Assembly (NCBI GenBank): GCA_910584085.1
Contig: CAJTZY010000006.1
Location: 668-64,667, forward strand
Length of the DNA: 64,000 nt
Origin: an uncultured Bacilli bacterium
Lineage (GTDB): Bacteria; Bacillota_I; Bacilli_A; RF39; UBA660
Direction of reading: 5' to 3'
Part shown: positions 44,529-53,841 of the stretch, piece after piece
Layout: each line of letters opens with the position of its first letter
Position numbering within the stretch: position 1 is the first letter of the stretch
The notes under the pieces: model-generated
The model's input: the letters and a program-made list of their open reading frames with translations, nothing else
Told to the model about the DNA's origin: nothing
Database searches by the model: none
Program-made: the position numbers and the translations under genes

Positions 44529-44990
44529 ATGAACGAAACAGATGCAAAAGGATTACTAGATTTAGGCGTTGAAATACGTATCAAAAATCATGGAGAAGCA
44601 AAATATCCAAAAGAACCATTAGCAGGCGTAACATCAATACCAGCTACTGGACAAGCAGGTGGAACTATAGATGTAACAACATTTAGTGACCCTGTAAAAG
44701 TATATATTCCAGATAGACCAGATACTGGAGATATGGATTATGAATATATTTATACATTAATAAAATATAACGCAGTTAAAGCATATTGCGATAACACAGC
44801 AAAAGATATATTAATTAAATATCCAGAAGGTGATGGTGCTGAATATACAGGTATTTGTCAAACATGGAGAAATGAAAAATCTGTTGGTAGTGATGCATTA
44901 AAAGCTACATTACATACAGTGCCAAGTACATTAATTGTTGATAAAACAAAAGATGAAGTATCAGCATTAATATCAACAACAGCTGAATAA
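44529..44990 (+). CDS. major tail (tube) protein
   Basis: 153 aa, upstream of the chaperone pair and tape measure. Confidence 0.55.
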   Translation: MNETDAKGLLDLGVEIRIKNHGEAKYPKEPLAGVTSIPATGQAGGTIDVTTFSDPVKVYIPDRPDTGDMDYEYIYTLIKYNAVKAYCDNTAKDILIKYPEGDGAEYTGICQTWRNEKSVGSDALKATLHTVPSTLIVDKTKDEVSALISTTAE

Positions 44991-45009
44991 AAGAAAGTAG
45001 GGAAAATAA

Positions 45010-45345
45010 ATGAGAAAATTAAAATTAAAAATCAATGATAAAGATTATACTCTAGAAATGAATAGGGATACAATTAAATGGCTAGAAAATTATGATTTTT
45101 CCTTAGAAGAATTTATAAAGAAGCCAGTAACATATTATGATTTGCTATGGACTAGTTTATTTTTGGTAAATCATCAAGATGTAAATCCAAATTTAGCAAT
45201 GAAGTTGATGGAAACCTATGGTGAAAACCATAAAGTTGCTAAAGTTATTAATTTTGCTATAGAAGAATACAAAACTTTTATGAATGCCCTATCCGATATA
45301 AACTCAGAGAAGAGCGACGAGGAACTAGAGATAATCGAAGCATAG
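45010..45345 (+). CDS. tail assembly chaperone (G-like)
   Basis: Position immediately upstream of the tape measure gene. Confidence 0.55.
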   Translation: MRKLKLKINDKDYTLEMNRDTIKWLENYDFSLEEFIKKPVTYYDLLWTSLFLVNHQDVNPNLAMKLMETYGENHKVAKVINFAIEEYKTFMNALSDINSEKSDEELEIIEA

Positions 45346-45395
45346 ATGAAGAACAAGGCAAAAAATATAAGAACTTAACAGATTGGTTTTATGAT

Positions 45396-45776
45396 TTGTT
45401 GCCTATGGCGATAACATACGGTATGTCTGTGAAAGAGTTTTGGGAAGATGACCCTAACTTATTCTGGGCATACCGTTTTTCTTATTATGAACGATTAAAA
45501 ACGCAACAAGAAATATTTAATAATAATGCATGGCTTCAAGGAGCATATTTTCATGAAGCAGTTTCTGTAGCATTATGCAATGCTTTTAGTAAAACAAAAG
45601 TAGAATACTCAAAGCATCCTTATGGATTTAATGAAAATAAGGCTATTACAGAGGAAGAAAAGCAAAAAGTAGTGCAATCATATGCTAGTGAAATAAAAGC
45701 TCGTATATCGCAAGTAAATGCTATCAGGAATGGGGCAGAACAACAAGTAGTAATAAAAGGAAAAAGTAGAGTGTAG
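45396..45776 (+). CDS. second tail-chaperone ORF (T-like)
   Basis: Its reading frame (-1 relative to 45010-45345) is open from 45252. The mode of expression is unresolved. Confidence 0.4.
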   Translation: MLPMAITYGMSVKEFWEDDPNLFWAYRFSYYERLKTQQEIFNNNAWLQGAYFHEAVSVALCNAFSKTKVEYSKHPYGFNENKAITEEEKQKVVQSYASEIKARISQVNAIRNGAEQQVVIKGKSRV

Positions 45777-45816
45777 CACTTACCTAAAAGGGAAAATTTA
45801 CCAATAAAGGTAGGTG
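45772..45816 (+). promoter_or_regulatory. TGTAGCAC/AAGGGAA hairpin element, copy D (upstream of tape measure gene)
   Basis: TGTAGCACTTACCTaaaagggaaaatttaccaataaAGGTAGGTG. 9-bp stem with one G-U pair. The TAG inside the motif is the stop codon of the upstream ORF. Confidence 0.6.
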
Positions 45817-45822
45817 AAATAA

Positions 45823-48800
45823 ATGAATGAACAAACAATAGAAATGCAGATACGTGCTAAAGCACAAGAAGCATTACAAAGTTTAAATAAATTAACAAGT
45901 CAATTAACAGGTGTTGAAAAGAAAATTGATGGTGTCAAAACAACAATCGACAAAGTATCGACAACTAAAGCAAGAAATGAAATGAATAGTTTAAATAGTT
46001 CCATCGAAAAAGCATCAAAAAGTATGGAAAAATTTAAAAATTTATTCACGTTTGTTGGTGCTAAAAGATTAACAAAAACAGCATTAGGTTGGATGAATGA
46101 AGCAATAGATTATACAGAACAATTAAACTTATTTAATGTAGTATTTAAAAATATAGAAAAAAATGGTACCACAATGTATTCTAATCTTGGAAAAGAAGCA
46201 GTAAAATATCAAAATAAACTAAACGAAGCATTTGGTACAAATAAAACTCAATCATTATATACACAAGCAATTTATCAATCAATGGCTGAAAATCAAGGTA
46301 TTAGTGATTATTATTCAAAAATCATGTCTGAAACAATGACCAATTTTACGTATGATTTAGCATCTTTATATAATAAAAGTGATAAAACAACAGCAGAAGC
46401 CTTAAGAGCAAGCGTCTTTGCTGGAATGACAAAACCTGCTAGAAATTACGGTTTGGATGTTACACAACAATCAATGCAGCCAATATTAACAGAATTAGGC
46501 ATAGATAAACAAGTAAAAGAATTATCTCAAGGTGAGAAAATGATATTGAGATATATTACTGTATTAAAACAAGGACAGGTTGCTATGGCGGACTTTGCAT
46601 CTACCGTTGAATCTCCTTCAAACCAATTAAAAATATTTAGACAACAATTAGTAGAGGCTAAAGTAGCAATGTCATCATTATTTATAGGTGGACTAGCTAA
46701 TATATTACCATATGCAAACGCATTCTTAATGGTAGTAAAAGAAGTATCAAAAGCAATAGCTGATATGTTTGGTATCAAATTGGTTGACTACAACAGTGGT
46801 ATTGCAAGTCAAGAAGATGCCTTTGTCGATTTAGGTGACAGTGTAGATGATGCAATAGGTAAAGTAAAAGAACTAAAAAGACAAACACTTGGATTTGATG
46901 AAATTCACAATATTAATGAAAACAAGGATAGTGGAAGTGGGACAAGCATATCAGGTGGAATAGACCAACGATTATTAGATGCAATTAAAGGCTATGACAA
47001 TGGTATGGATAAAGTAAGAATGAAAGCTACAGAAATAAGAGATAGAATTATGGAATGGCTAGGTTTTACAAAAGAAATAGACCCATTAACGGGTGAAATT
47101 GGATTTAAATATCAAGGCATGAAAACAACATTAAAAAATGTTTGGACAAGTTTTAAAAATTTGAATACACAAGGAAAGATATTAGTCGGATTAGGATTAG
47201 TAACTGGTGCATTAAAATTATGGAATGCTGGTAAGAAACTAACTACGGTATTAGGAAGTACTGGTTTAGTTAAAGTTATTAAAAATTTAATTACTCCATT
47301 TAAAAACTTAACAGAGTATACAAGAGTTTATACATCAATAACAGGAACTTTAAAAGATGGCATAATTGGTGGAATAGATGCTTGGAGAAAGCAAAGCGGA
47401 ATAATATCAGAAACTACGGGTAAATTTACTGGATGGACAAGTATAGTAAATGGTGGAAAAATTGCTCTTGAAGGGCTTGTTACAGCAGGATTAGGTTTAT
47501 ATACAGTACATGAATCAATGAAAAATTTATCAACAGAGGGATTTAATCTTGCAAATGCACTTGGCTTAGTTGGTGGTAGTATAACAACTATAGCAAGTGG
47601 TGTACAAATAGGTGCTATATTTGGACCGTGGGGTGCAGCCATAGGTGGTGCGGTAGGTGCTGTAGCAGATTTGATTAGTATATTGGATGGGTATGAAACA
47701 CAATCAGAAAAAACAAGAAATGAAATAAATAAAACTATTGATAAAACAAAAGCATATTCAGAATCCTTGATAGAACAACACAATAATATTGATGAAGAAT
47801 TACAAAAACAAACAGCATTATCAAATGCACATCAAAATTTATTAAATGAATTGCAAGAAATAACAGATGCTAATGGGAGAATTAAGGTTGGATATGAAGA
47901 ACGAGCAAGTTTTATTGTTACAACATTAAATAATGCATATGGAACTGAGATTAAAATAGTAGATAACGTTATTCAAAAATATGATGAACAAATATCAAAA
48001 ATAAAAAGTTTAATAGATGAAAAAAAGAAAGAACTTTATTTGTCTAAAGCAGAGGAATCATACAATTTGGCAATTGAGAAAAGAGCAGAAACATATGAAA
48101 ATTTAAAAGAAGCAAATGATGCTTATTTAAAATCTTTGAAAGCTCAAACTGATATGGAAGAAAAGTATAGAAAGCAATGGGAAAAAATACCTAGTTTAAT
48201 AAAATCGTGGTATGGTTCATTTGAAAGATATCTTGATAAAGAGTCAAAAGCGGTAAATGATGATTATTATAAACTTGTAGAAACAGCTAACAAAGCGAAG
48301 ATAAATCTGGATGAAGCAACATCTGCATATGATTCAAATACAAAAGCAATAATGAATTATAATGGATTATTATCTGCAGATACAGAGGAAAATTCAGAAC
48401 TTATCAATTACTATATGAATGAAATTGATAAAAGATATAATGAATCTGAAAATAATATAAAAGATACTTATTCAAAACAATTAGAAGATGCCAAAGAATA
48501 TTATGAATCAGTTATTAGAATATCAGGTGAAAGTGAATCCTCAATGAGCGAAACAACACGTGCTGAAGCAGAGTCAAGATATAATTCAGTAATTTCAGCT
48601 TTAAAAAATGAACTTAATTATATTAATGGAACTACAGACGAAACAGCACAAGCTTGGTATACATTATCCAAATCAAGTAAAGATAAGTTTTTAGAGAATT
48701 TTAATCAATTACCAGAAGATATACAACAACAAGTAATAGATAAGATGTATTCTAAAGGATATTCAATAAGTCAAGAATTACAAAATGGTATAAATGCTAA

Positions 48801-49227
48801 AATACCAACAATAAAGTTTAATATAGATACAAGTAGTTTATCAAGTTTCTTAAAAACTGGTTTTAACCAACAACTTAGTTGGTTAGGGATAAATACTAAA
48901 GCGAATGGCGGTGTATTCTCAAATGGTTCATGGAAAAATATCCCACAATATGCAAATGGTGGGATTCCATCACACGGTTCAATGTTTGTTGCAGGCGAAC
49001 ATGGTGCTGAAATAGTAGGACATATTAATGGCAAAACGGAAGTATTAAACCAATCACAAATAGCAAATGCAATTTATAATGCTATAGTAAGTGCAATGAG
49101 TCAGTATAGTGGACAAACTAGTGAAATTGATGTCCATGTACATACTGATGAAGGAACAGTAATCGATAGAATTGAACAAAGGACAAAGCAAACTGGGCAA
49201 TTTCCATTTACTATTCCAACATATTAA
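45823..49227 (+). CDS. tail tape measure protein
   Basis: 1134 aa. Long coiled-coil regions plus a Gly-rich hydrophobic stretch GAIFGPWGAAIGGAVGAVADL. Confidence 0.85.
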   Translation: MNEQTIEMQIRAKAQEALQSLNKLTSQLTGVEKKIDGVKTTIDKVSTTKARNEMNSLNSSIEKASKSMEKFKNLFTFVGAKRLTKTALGWMNEAIDYTEQLNLFNVVFKNIEKNGTTMYSNLGKEAVKYQNKLNEAFGTNKTQSLYTQAIYQSMAENQGISDYYSKIMSETMTNFTYDLASLYNKSDKTTAEALRASVFAGMTKPARNYGLDVTQQSMQPILTELGIDKQVKELSQGEKMILRYITVLKQGQVAMADFASTVESPSNQLKIFRQQLVEAKVAMSSLFIGGLANILPYANAFLMVVKEVSKAIADMFGIKLVDYNSGIASQEDAFVDLGDSVDDAIGKVKELKRQTLGFDEIHNINENKDSGSGTSISGGIDQRLLDAIKGYDNGMDKVRMKATEIRDRIMEWLGFTKEIDPLTGEIGFKYQGMKTTLKNVWTSFKNLNTQGKILVGLGLVTGALKLWNAGKKLTTVLGSTGLVKVIKNLITPFKNLTEYTRVYTSITGTLKDGIIGGIDAWRKQSGIISETTGKFTGWTSIVNGGKIALEGLVTAGLGLYTVHESMKNLSTEGFNLANALGLVGGSITTIASGVQIGAIFGPWGAAIGGAVGAVADLISILDGYETQSEKTRNEINKTIDKTKAYSESLIEQHNNIDEELQKQTALSNAHQNLLNELQEITDANGRIKVGYEERASFIVTTLNNAYGTEIKIVDNVIQKYDEQISKIKSLIDEKKKELYLSKAEESYNLAIEKRAETYENLKEANDAYLKSLKAQTDMEEKYRKQWEKIPSLIKSWYGSFERYLDKESKAVNDDYYKLVETANKAKINLDEATSAYDSNTKAIMNYNGLLSADTEENSELINYYMNEIDKRYNESENNIKDTYSKQLEDAKEYYESVIRISGESESSMSETTRAEAESRYNSVISALKNELNYINGTTDETAQAWYTLSKSSKDKFLENFNQLPEDIQQQVIDKMYSKGYSISQELQNGINAKIPTIKFNIDTSSLSSFLKTGFNQQLSWLGINTKANGGVFSNGSWKNIPQYANGGIPSHGSMFVAGEHGAEIVGHINGKTEVLNQSQIANAIYNAIVSAMSQYSGQTSEIDVHVHTDEGTVIDRIEQRTKQTGQFPFTIPTY

Positions 49228-49230
49228 AAT

Positions 49231-49650
49231 TTAATTATTGTTTTGTAATTCTTTACAATTCCAATTATTAGCTTCCAATTCTGCAATTTTATCATAATAA
49301 TTATAATTTGGTTTTAAATTTTTGTACCCTATATCAACAGTAGTATTACTTCTATGAACAGAACATTCAACACCATCAATAACATTATTACACTTTTCCT
49401 TTTGTATAGATTCCTTTTCTATAGCATCTGATAAAGAATCGTAAGTATTTGAAAGTAGTGAAAAATCCTCAATAATATTATAGTTATCATCATAATAAAA
49501 TTCCCAAATTATTAATTTATTAGTTGAACTAATAGAACAAGATGTATATTTATTTGTTATTTTTCCCTCTTCTTCTTTTTCTTTTCTATTTTCACATCCA
49601 CATAAGCATAAACAACATAATCCAATTAATAAAATTTTCTTCATAAACAA
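49231..49650 (-). CDS. lipoprotein encoded antisense within the tail module (moron)
   Basis: Signal peptide and lipobox MFMKKILLIGLCCLCLCGC. It is the only minus-strand gene between 27.8 and 56.9 kb. Confidence 0.65.
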   Translation of the reverse strand: MFMKKILLIGLCCLCLCGCENRKEKEEEGKITNKYTSCSISSTNKLIIWEFYYDDNYNIIEDFSLLSNTYDSLSDAIEKESIQKEKCNNVIDGVECSVHRSNTTVDIGYKNLKPNYNYYDKIAELEANNWNCKELQNNN

Positions 49651-49692
49651 TCTCCTTATCTACTTAAAGTATATCAAAAAATATAAAAAATG

Positions 49693-49730
49693 TGTAGCAC
49701 TTTCTTTCAAAGGGAAATTGAAAGATGGTG
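49693..49730 (+). promoter_or_regulatory. TGTAGCAC/AAGGGAA hairpin element, copy E (upstream of distal tail gene)
   Basis: TGTAGCACTTTCTTTCAAagggaaaTTGAAAGATGGTG. 13 positions with one mismatch and one G-U pair. The 3' arm holds the SD GGTG. Confidence 0.65.
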
Positions 49731-49735
49731 AAGTT

Positions 49736-50179
49736 ATGATAAAAGAATTTACCAATAATGGATATAGATATGTATTAGCAGGTCCTGTTCTTACTGTATC
49801 TAAAGTCAAATTAAATGGAGTAGATATATCAAAATATCTGTCAAATCAAACAAAAATATCATGGTATGATGTATCAAAAAATAGTGGTCGTGATGTAACT
49901 AATGCAGATGGTACTATGGTTTTAAATGTAATTAATACTAAGTGGCGAATTGATTTAGTAAGTAGACCATTAACAGAAGATGAACAAGTAGATTTTTATG
50001 CAGAAATAATAAAAGCACCAACACTTGGAATAGATTTTAAAAATCCATTTACTAAACAATGGCAACATATCGATTGTTATCGTGGCGATAGAGTTGCACA
50101 AGCAATGTTACCTTATGTTACACCAGATGGACTTGTAGAATTATATAATCCAGCTTCACAAGCAGTAATAGAATTGTAG
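49736..50179 (+). CDS. distal tail protein (putative)
   Basis: Follows the tape measure gene. ATG 49736 is preferred over the track TTG 49718. Confidence 0.5.
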   Translation: MIKEFTNNGYRYVLAGPVLTVSKVKLNGVDISKYLSNQTKISWYDVSKNSGRDVTNADGTMVLNVINTKWRIDLVSRPLTEDEQVDFYAEIIKAPTLGIDFKNPFTKQWQHIDCYRGDRVAQAMLPYVTPDGLVELYNPASQAVIEL

Positions 50180-50187
50180 GTGAAGTT

Positions 50188-53100
50188 ATGGCAAGTAATA
50201 ATTTTATAAATGAATGTAAAAATAGATCAAATGGTAACAGATTAGGAAAAATCATAGTAGATGGTGTAAATACACCAATTACTAATTCTGATAATTTACA
50301 AAAGATAAGCATTGATAGTGGATGTTATGTAGATGGAAATATAATTGGTTCAGTATATGCCAAATGTTTAAAAGCAAATTTTATAACAAGCATAGATAAT
50401 TTATCAAATAAATCTATACAAGCTCAAATTGGTGTAAAATATGCCAATTTAAGCACAGAATACATCAACATGGGCAAATATACTATTGAACGTCCAAATA
50501 ACGAAATAACGGCAAATATGAGTCAAATAACGGCATATGATGATTTATATACAAATTTAGATAAACCTTATGTATGTGGTATAGATTATTTTAGTGGGGA
50601 TAAGACTGTAAGTGATTTGTATGTAGATGTATGTAACCAATTAGGATTAACACCAAAAACAACAACATTCATAAATAGCAATATTCCAATATCAAATAAT
50701 CCATTTACTAATGGTGAGAAAAATAGAACGGTATTACAAACAGTTGCCAAAGTATCATGTTCATTTATTGATATAGATGTTGATAACAATAAGATTGATT
50801 TATGTTGGTTAAGTTCAACTTTAAATTATACATTTAAAAAAAATGATTATGTAAGTGTGGAAGGTGGACAAGTAGTATGTGGTCCAATTAATTGCTTAAT
50901 AATTAAAAATAGTGTAATTGATGATGAAAATGTAACCGTTAAAGATGATGCAAGTATAACTCAAAATGGTGAAAATTCAATAATAATTAGTGAAGATTAT
51001 ATATTACATAATGCAGAATTAAGAAATCAAGCAAAAACAGCAATATGGAATAGAGTTAAAGGAATGAAATATGTAGATTGTAAATTGACTACATATTATG
51101 GTAAACCATTTTTAAAACTAGGAAATAAAATAAGAATTTATACAAGTGAAACAGAATATTTTGATACATATGTATTAAAACATAATTTTACTTATGATGG
51201 TTCTTCTACAAGCATTATTGAAAGCCCAGCATTAACAAAACAAGAGATAAAAACAAAACAAAATGTAGGACTTAAAGAAAAACTATATAAGACACAAATA
51301 GATATCGATAAGCAAAATAAAAAAATAGAAGCCTTAGTAAGTGAAGTAGATGAAAATAGTGAAAGCATAGCCAATTTAGAAATGAAATCAGATGAAATAA
51401 GTGCAGAAGTATCAAATAAAGCCGATTTATCAACAAATAGTGAGTCTAATAATGCAGTATTAAATTTTGAAAATATAAATGAATCAGAACCAATAGCAAT
51501 TACAATAAGACCAATAAATGAAGATATTACTTATTTATATCCAGCAGATGATTTATATCCATCAGATACTTTGTATATAAAAAATAGAACATTACGATTT
51601 ACTAATATTACGACTAAAGAAATATTTGATTATGAATTACCTGATGATTTACTTTATTATGATGAAAATAATTATGATGAATTTATCTTAGAAAATGGTA
51701 AATGCTATATCAATAAAAAAGTAGAACACACATCAAAAAATGGTGTAAATAAATTAGCAATAATACCCAGAAAAATAGAGTGTGAATATCCTAATATTGA
51801 GCTTACAACAGGTAATTATAAAGTGGAATTGCTTGGGTATAGTAAAGGTTATATTTATTGCAAAATGATGATTGTAAATGAATATACAAAAAAATTTGCT
51901 ACTAAGGTTGAATTAAGTGAATCAATAAGAATTGCTAAAGGCGAAATTGATTTATCGGTTAATAAAAAAATTGAGGGTGTAAATGAAACTATTCAGGAGC
52001 AATCAAATACTATAAATCAGAGAATAACAGATAATGAGAATACAATTACTTTAGCTGTAAAAAATATCGAAACTACTGTTAAAACTATAGTACCTTATTA
52101 TTCAATATCCACATCGAATACAACTGCTCCAACAAACGGATGGAGTGAAACAGTTCCAATAAGAAATACAAGTCAATTTATATGGAGAAAAGATTTGATT
52201 ACATATCAAAGTGGCATGACAGAATATACCATACCATATATGGTTACTGGTGATAAGGGTGATACTGGGCCTCAAGGTGTTAAAGGTGATAATGGAACTA
52301 ATGGTGCAAAAGGTGACAAAGGTGACAAAGGAGACACAGGAGCAACTGGAACAGGAGTAGATAATATAACACCAGAATATTATTTATCTACATCTAATAC
52401 TAGCCAAGTTGGAGGCTCATGGGGTACGGCAATTCCAGCATATGTAAAGGATAAATATTTATGGACTAGAAATAAGATAGTTTATAAAAATCCTGTATCT
52501 ACAACATATACTACTCCGATTTTAGATAAAACCTTTGATATTGAAGCAAAACTTGAATTAAAAATTGGTAAAAATGATAATGACCAAATTGTTTCAATGA
52601 TTAATGCTAGTGCAAATGAAATAAGTTTAAAAAGTAATAGATTAACTATTGAATCAACTAATTTTAAATTGACAAAGGAAGGTGTTATTACAGCAACAGC
52701 GGGAACTATAGGCGGTTTTACTATAGGTAAAGATGAATTGTATTCAAAACATGTTGGAACATATACATTTAAGCAAGCAGATTTAACAAAACTTCAAAAT
52801 TATTTTATGGGTAGTGGAACATTAACTGATTCCGAAAAAGCTTTATATGATGTTAATGGAGATGGCAAAGTCGATAATGTTGATTATATAAGGATAAGAA
52901 AGGCAATAAACAGTGGAAATCCAACAATGAATGGAACAGTAGAATTAAGTAGTAAAAACATGTATTCTATGTTGAGAATTAAAGATAATAATGAAAAGAT
53001 TGTCGTTGATATAGGAATAAATGGTGTTGAAGTGGATGAAAGAATAACTGCAAATTTCATATCATCTAAGGATGAAATAACTACTAAAGGCTTACGCTCC

Positions 53101-53523
53101 GAAAATGGAGATGTTTTAGTAGGTATTGATTCTGCAGGTAAAAACTTAATTCAGTTAAACAGTTCTAATGGAAATGTAAAATGTATTTCATTAACTCAGA
53201 CATCTTTAGAATCACAAAAGAAAAATTTTGAAAAGTTTACTAATGCTCTTGAAGAAGTAGAAAAAACTGATATATATAAATATCATTTAAAGCATGAAAA
53301 TGACACTGATAAAAAACATTTAGGTTTTGTAATAGGAGAAAATTACAATTATTCTAAAGAAATAACTTCAACTGATATAGAAGGTAATGATATTGGTGTA
53401 GATACATATTCAATGGTTAGTTTATGTTTACAAGCAATCAAAGAATTAAATGCTAAGGTAAAAAAGTTAGAAAGTGAAATAGAAATTTTTAAGAAAGGTG
53501 ATAAAAATGGCGACAAAAATTAA
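50188..53523 (+). CDS. tail-associated/tail fibre protein with collagen-like repeats and C-terminal S74-type intramolecular chaperone domain
   Basis: 1111 aa. GDKGDTGPQGVKGDNGTNGAKGDKGDKGDTGATGTG (Gly-X-Y repeats). DVNGDGKVDNVDYIRIRKAI (Ca-binding/dockerin-like loop). C-terminal HLGFVIGENY ... VDTYSMVSLCLQAIKELNAKVKKLE is typical of auto-cleaving fibre chaperone domains. Confidence 0.75.
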   Translation: MASNNFINECKNRSNGNRLGKIIVDGVNTPITNSDNLQKISIDSGCYVDGNIIGSVYAKCLKANFITSIDNLSNKSIQAQIGVKYANLSTEYINMGKYTIERPNNEITANMSQITAYDDLYTNLDKPYVCGIDYFSGDKTVSDLYVDVCNQLGLTPKTTTFINSNIPISNNPFTNGEKNRTVLQTVAKVSCSFIDIDVDNNKIDLCWLSSTLNYTFKKNDYVSVEGGQVVCGPINCLIIKNSVIDDENVTVKDDASITQNGENSIIISEDYILHNAELRNQAKTAIWNRVKGMKYVDCKLTTYYGKPFLKLGNKIRIYTSETEYFDTYVLKHNFTYDGSSTSIIESPALTKQEIKTKQNVGLKEKLYKTQIDIDKQNKKIEALVSEVDENSESIANLEMKSDEISAEVSNKADLSTNSESNNAVLNFENINESEPIAITIRPINEDITYLYPADDLYPSDTLYIKNRTLRFTNITTKEIFDYELPDDLLYYDENNYDEFILENGKCYINKKVEHTSKNGVNKLAIIPRKIECEYPNIELTTGNYKVELLGYSKGYIYCKMMIVNEYTKKFATKVELSESIRIAKGEIDLSVNKKIEGVNETIQEQSNTINQRITDNENTITLAVKNIETTVKTIVPYYSISTSNTTAPTNGWSETVPIRNTSQFIWRKDLITYQSGMTEYTIPYMVTGDKGDTGPQGVKGDNGTNGAKGDKGDKGDTGATGTGVDNITPEYYLSTSNTSQVGGSWGTAIPAYVKDKYLWTRNKIVYKNPVSTTYTTPILDKTFDIEAKLELKIGKNDNDQIVSMINASANEISLKSNRLTIESTNFKLTKEGVITATAGTIGGFTIGKDELYSKHVGTYTFKQADLTKLQNYFMGSGTLTDSEKALYDVNGDGKVDNVDYIRIRKAINSGNPTMNGTVELSSKNMYSMLRIKDNNEKIVVDIGINGVEVDERITANFISSKDEITTKGLRSENGDVLVGIDSAGKNLIQLNSSNGNVKCISLTQTSLESQKKNFEKFTNALEEVEKTDIYKYHLKHENDTDKKHLGFVIGENYNYSKEITSTDIEGNDIGVDTYSMVSLCLQAIKELNAKVKKLESEIEIFKKGDKNGDKN

Positions 53524-53692
53524 AACAGTAAATCTTGATAAAATAACATTTAAAAATTTACCAGATAAGACAACACCGATTAACGCAACAAATATGAATA
53601 AAATTCAAGAGAATACTCAAAAAGCAATTACAGAATCAATATTAACGGATGATGAGATATTCAATGCACTATTTGAAGAAGTGCAAAATTAA
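53507..53692 (+). CDS. small tail-fibre-associated protein
   Basis: ATG 53507 after AAAGGTGA. MATKIKTVNLDKITFKNLPDKTTPINATNMNKIQ resembles fibre N-terminal segments. Confidence 0.45.
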   Translation: MATKIKTVNLDKITFKNLPDKTTPINATNMNKIQENTQKAITESILTDDEIFNALFEEVQN

Positions 53693-53738
53693 AGAAAGGA
53701 ATGAAAAAAATGATAGAAAAAAATAAAAAAATATATAT

Positions 53739-53746
53739 GGGGGGGG
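53739..53746. repeat. G8 homopolymer
   Basis: atatatatGGGGGGGGtatg. Very unusual in this ~25-30% G+C context. Confidence 0.9.
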
Positions 53747-53841
53747 TATGCTTTATTTAAATTTAAAACATACTCAACTTCAAAAAACTTCCAAAGATTG
53801 GAGGTTAAATGTTAGATTAAATTTAAACGAGGTGGTCAGCA

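Noticed and set aside
45252-45400. Canonical -1 programmed frameshift joining the two tail-chaperone ORFs (G/GT).
   Set aside because: The -1 frame is open from 45252 and overlaps the end of 45010-45345 as expected. However, I found no XXXYYYZ slippery heptamer in the correct register in the overlap. I cannot assert the mechanism.
2151-49034. Numerous antisense or overlapping ORF-track entries. Examples are 2151-2399, 3051-3395, 4578-4778, 6048-6239, 7619-7856, 8332-8697, 11690-12264, 28015-28500, 35697-36173, 40937-41383, 47328-47783 and 48771-49034.
   Set aside because: They lie opposite to, or out of frame within, strongly supported genes. They translate to low-complexity Phe/Leu/Ile/Ser-rich sequences typical of shadow ORFs in AT-rich DNA, and they lack SD sequences.
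41528-49735. Mini-ORFs starting just upstream of or in the TGTAGCAC elements as conserved leader peptides. Examples are MKCSTH in copy B, MCSTFFQREIERW in copy E and MCSTLFFEGKSKKERW in copy G.
   Set aside because: Copies A, C, D and F have no equivalent ORF: ATG-TAA in A, ATG-ATG-TAG in C, and in D the TAG is the stop of the upstream gene. Conservation is therefore at the nucleotide and structure level, not the peptide level.
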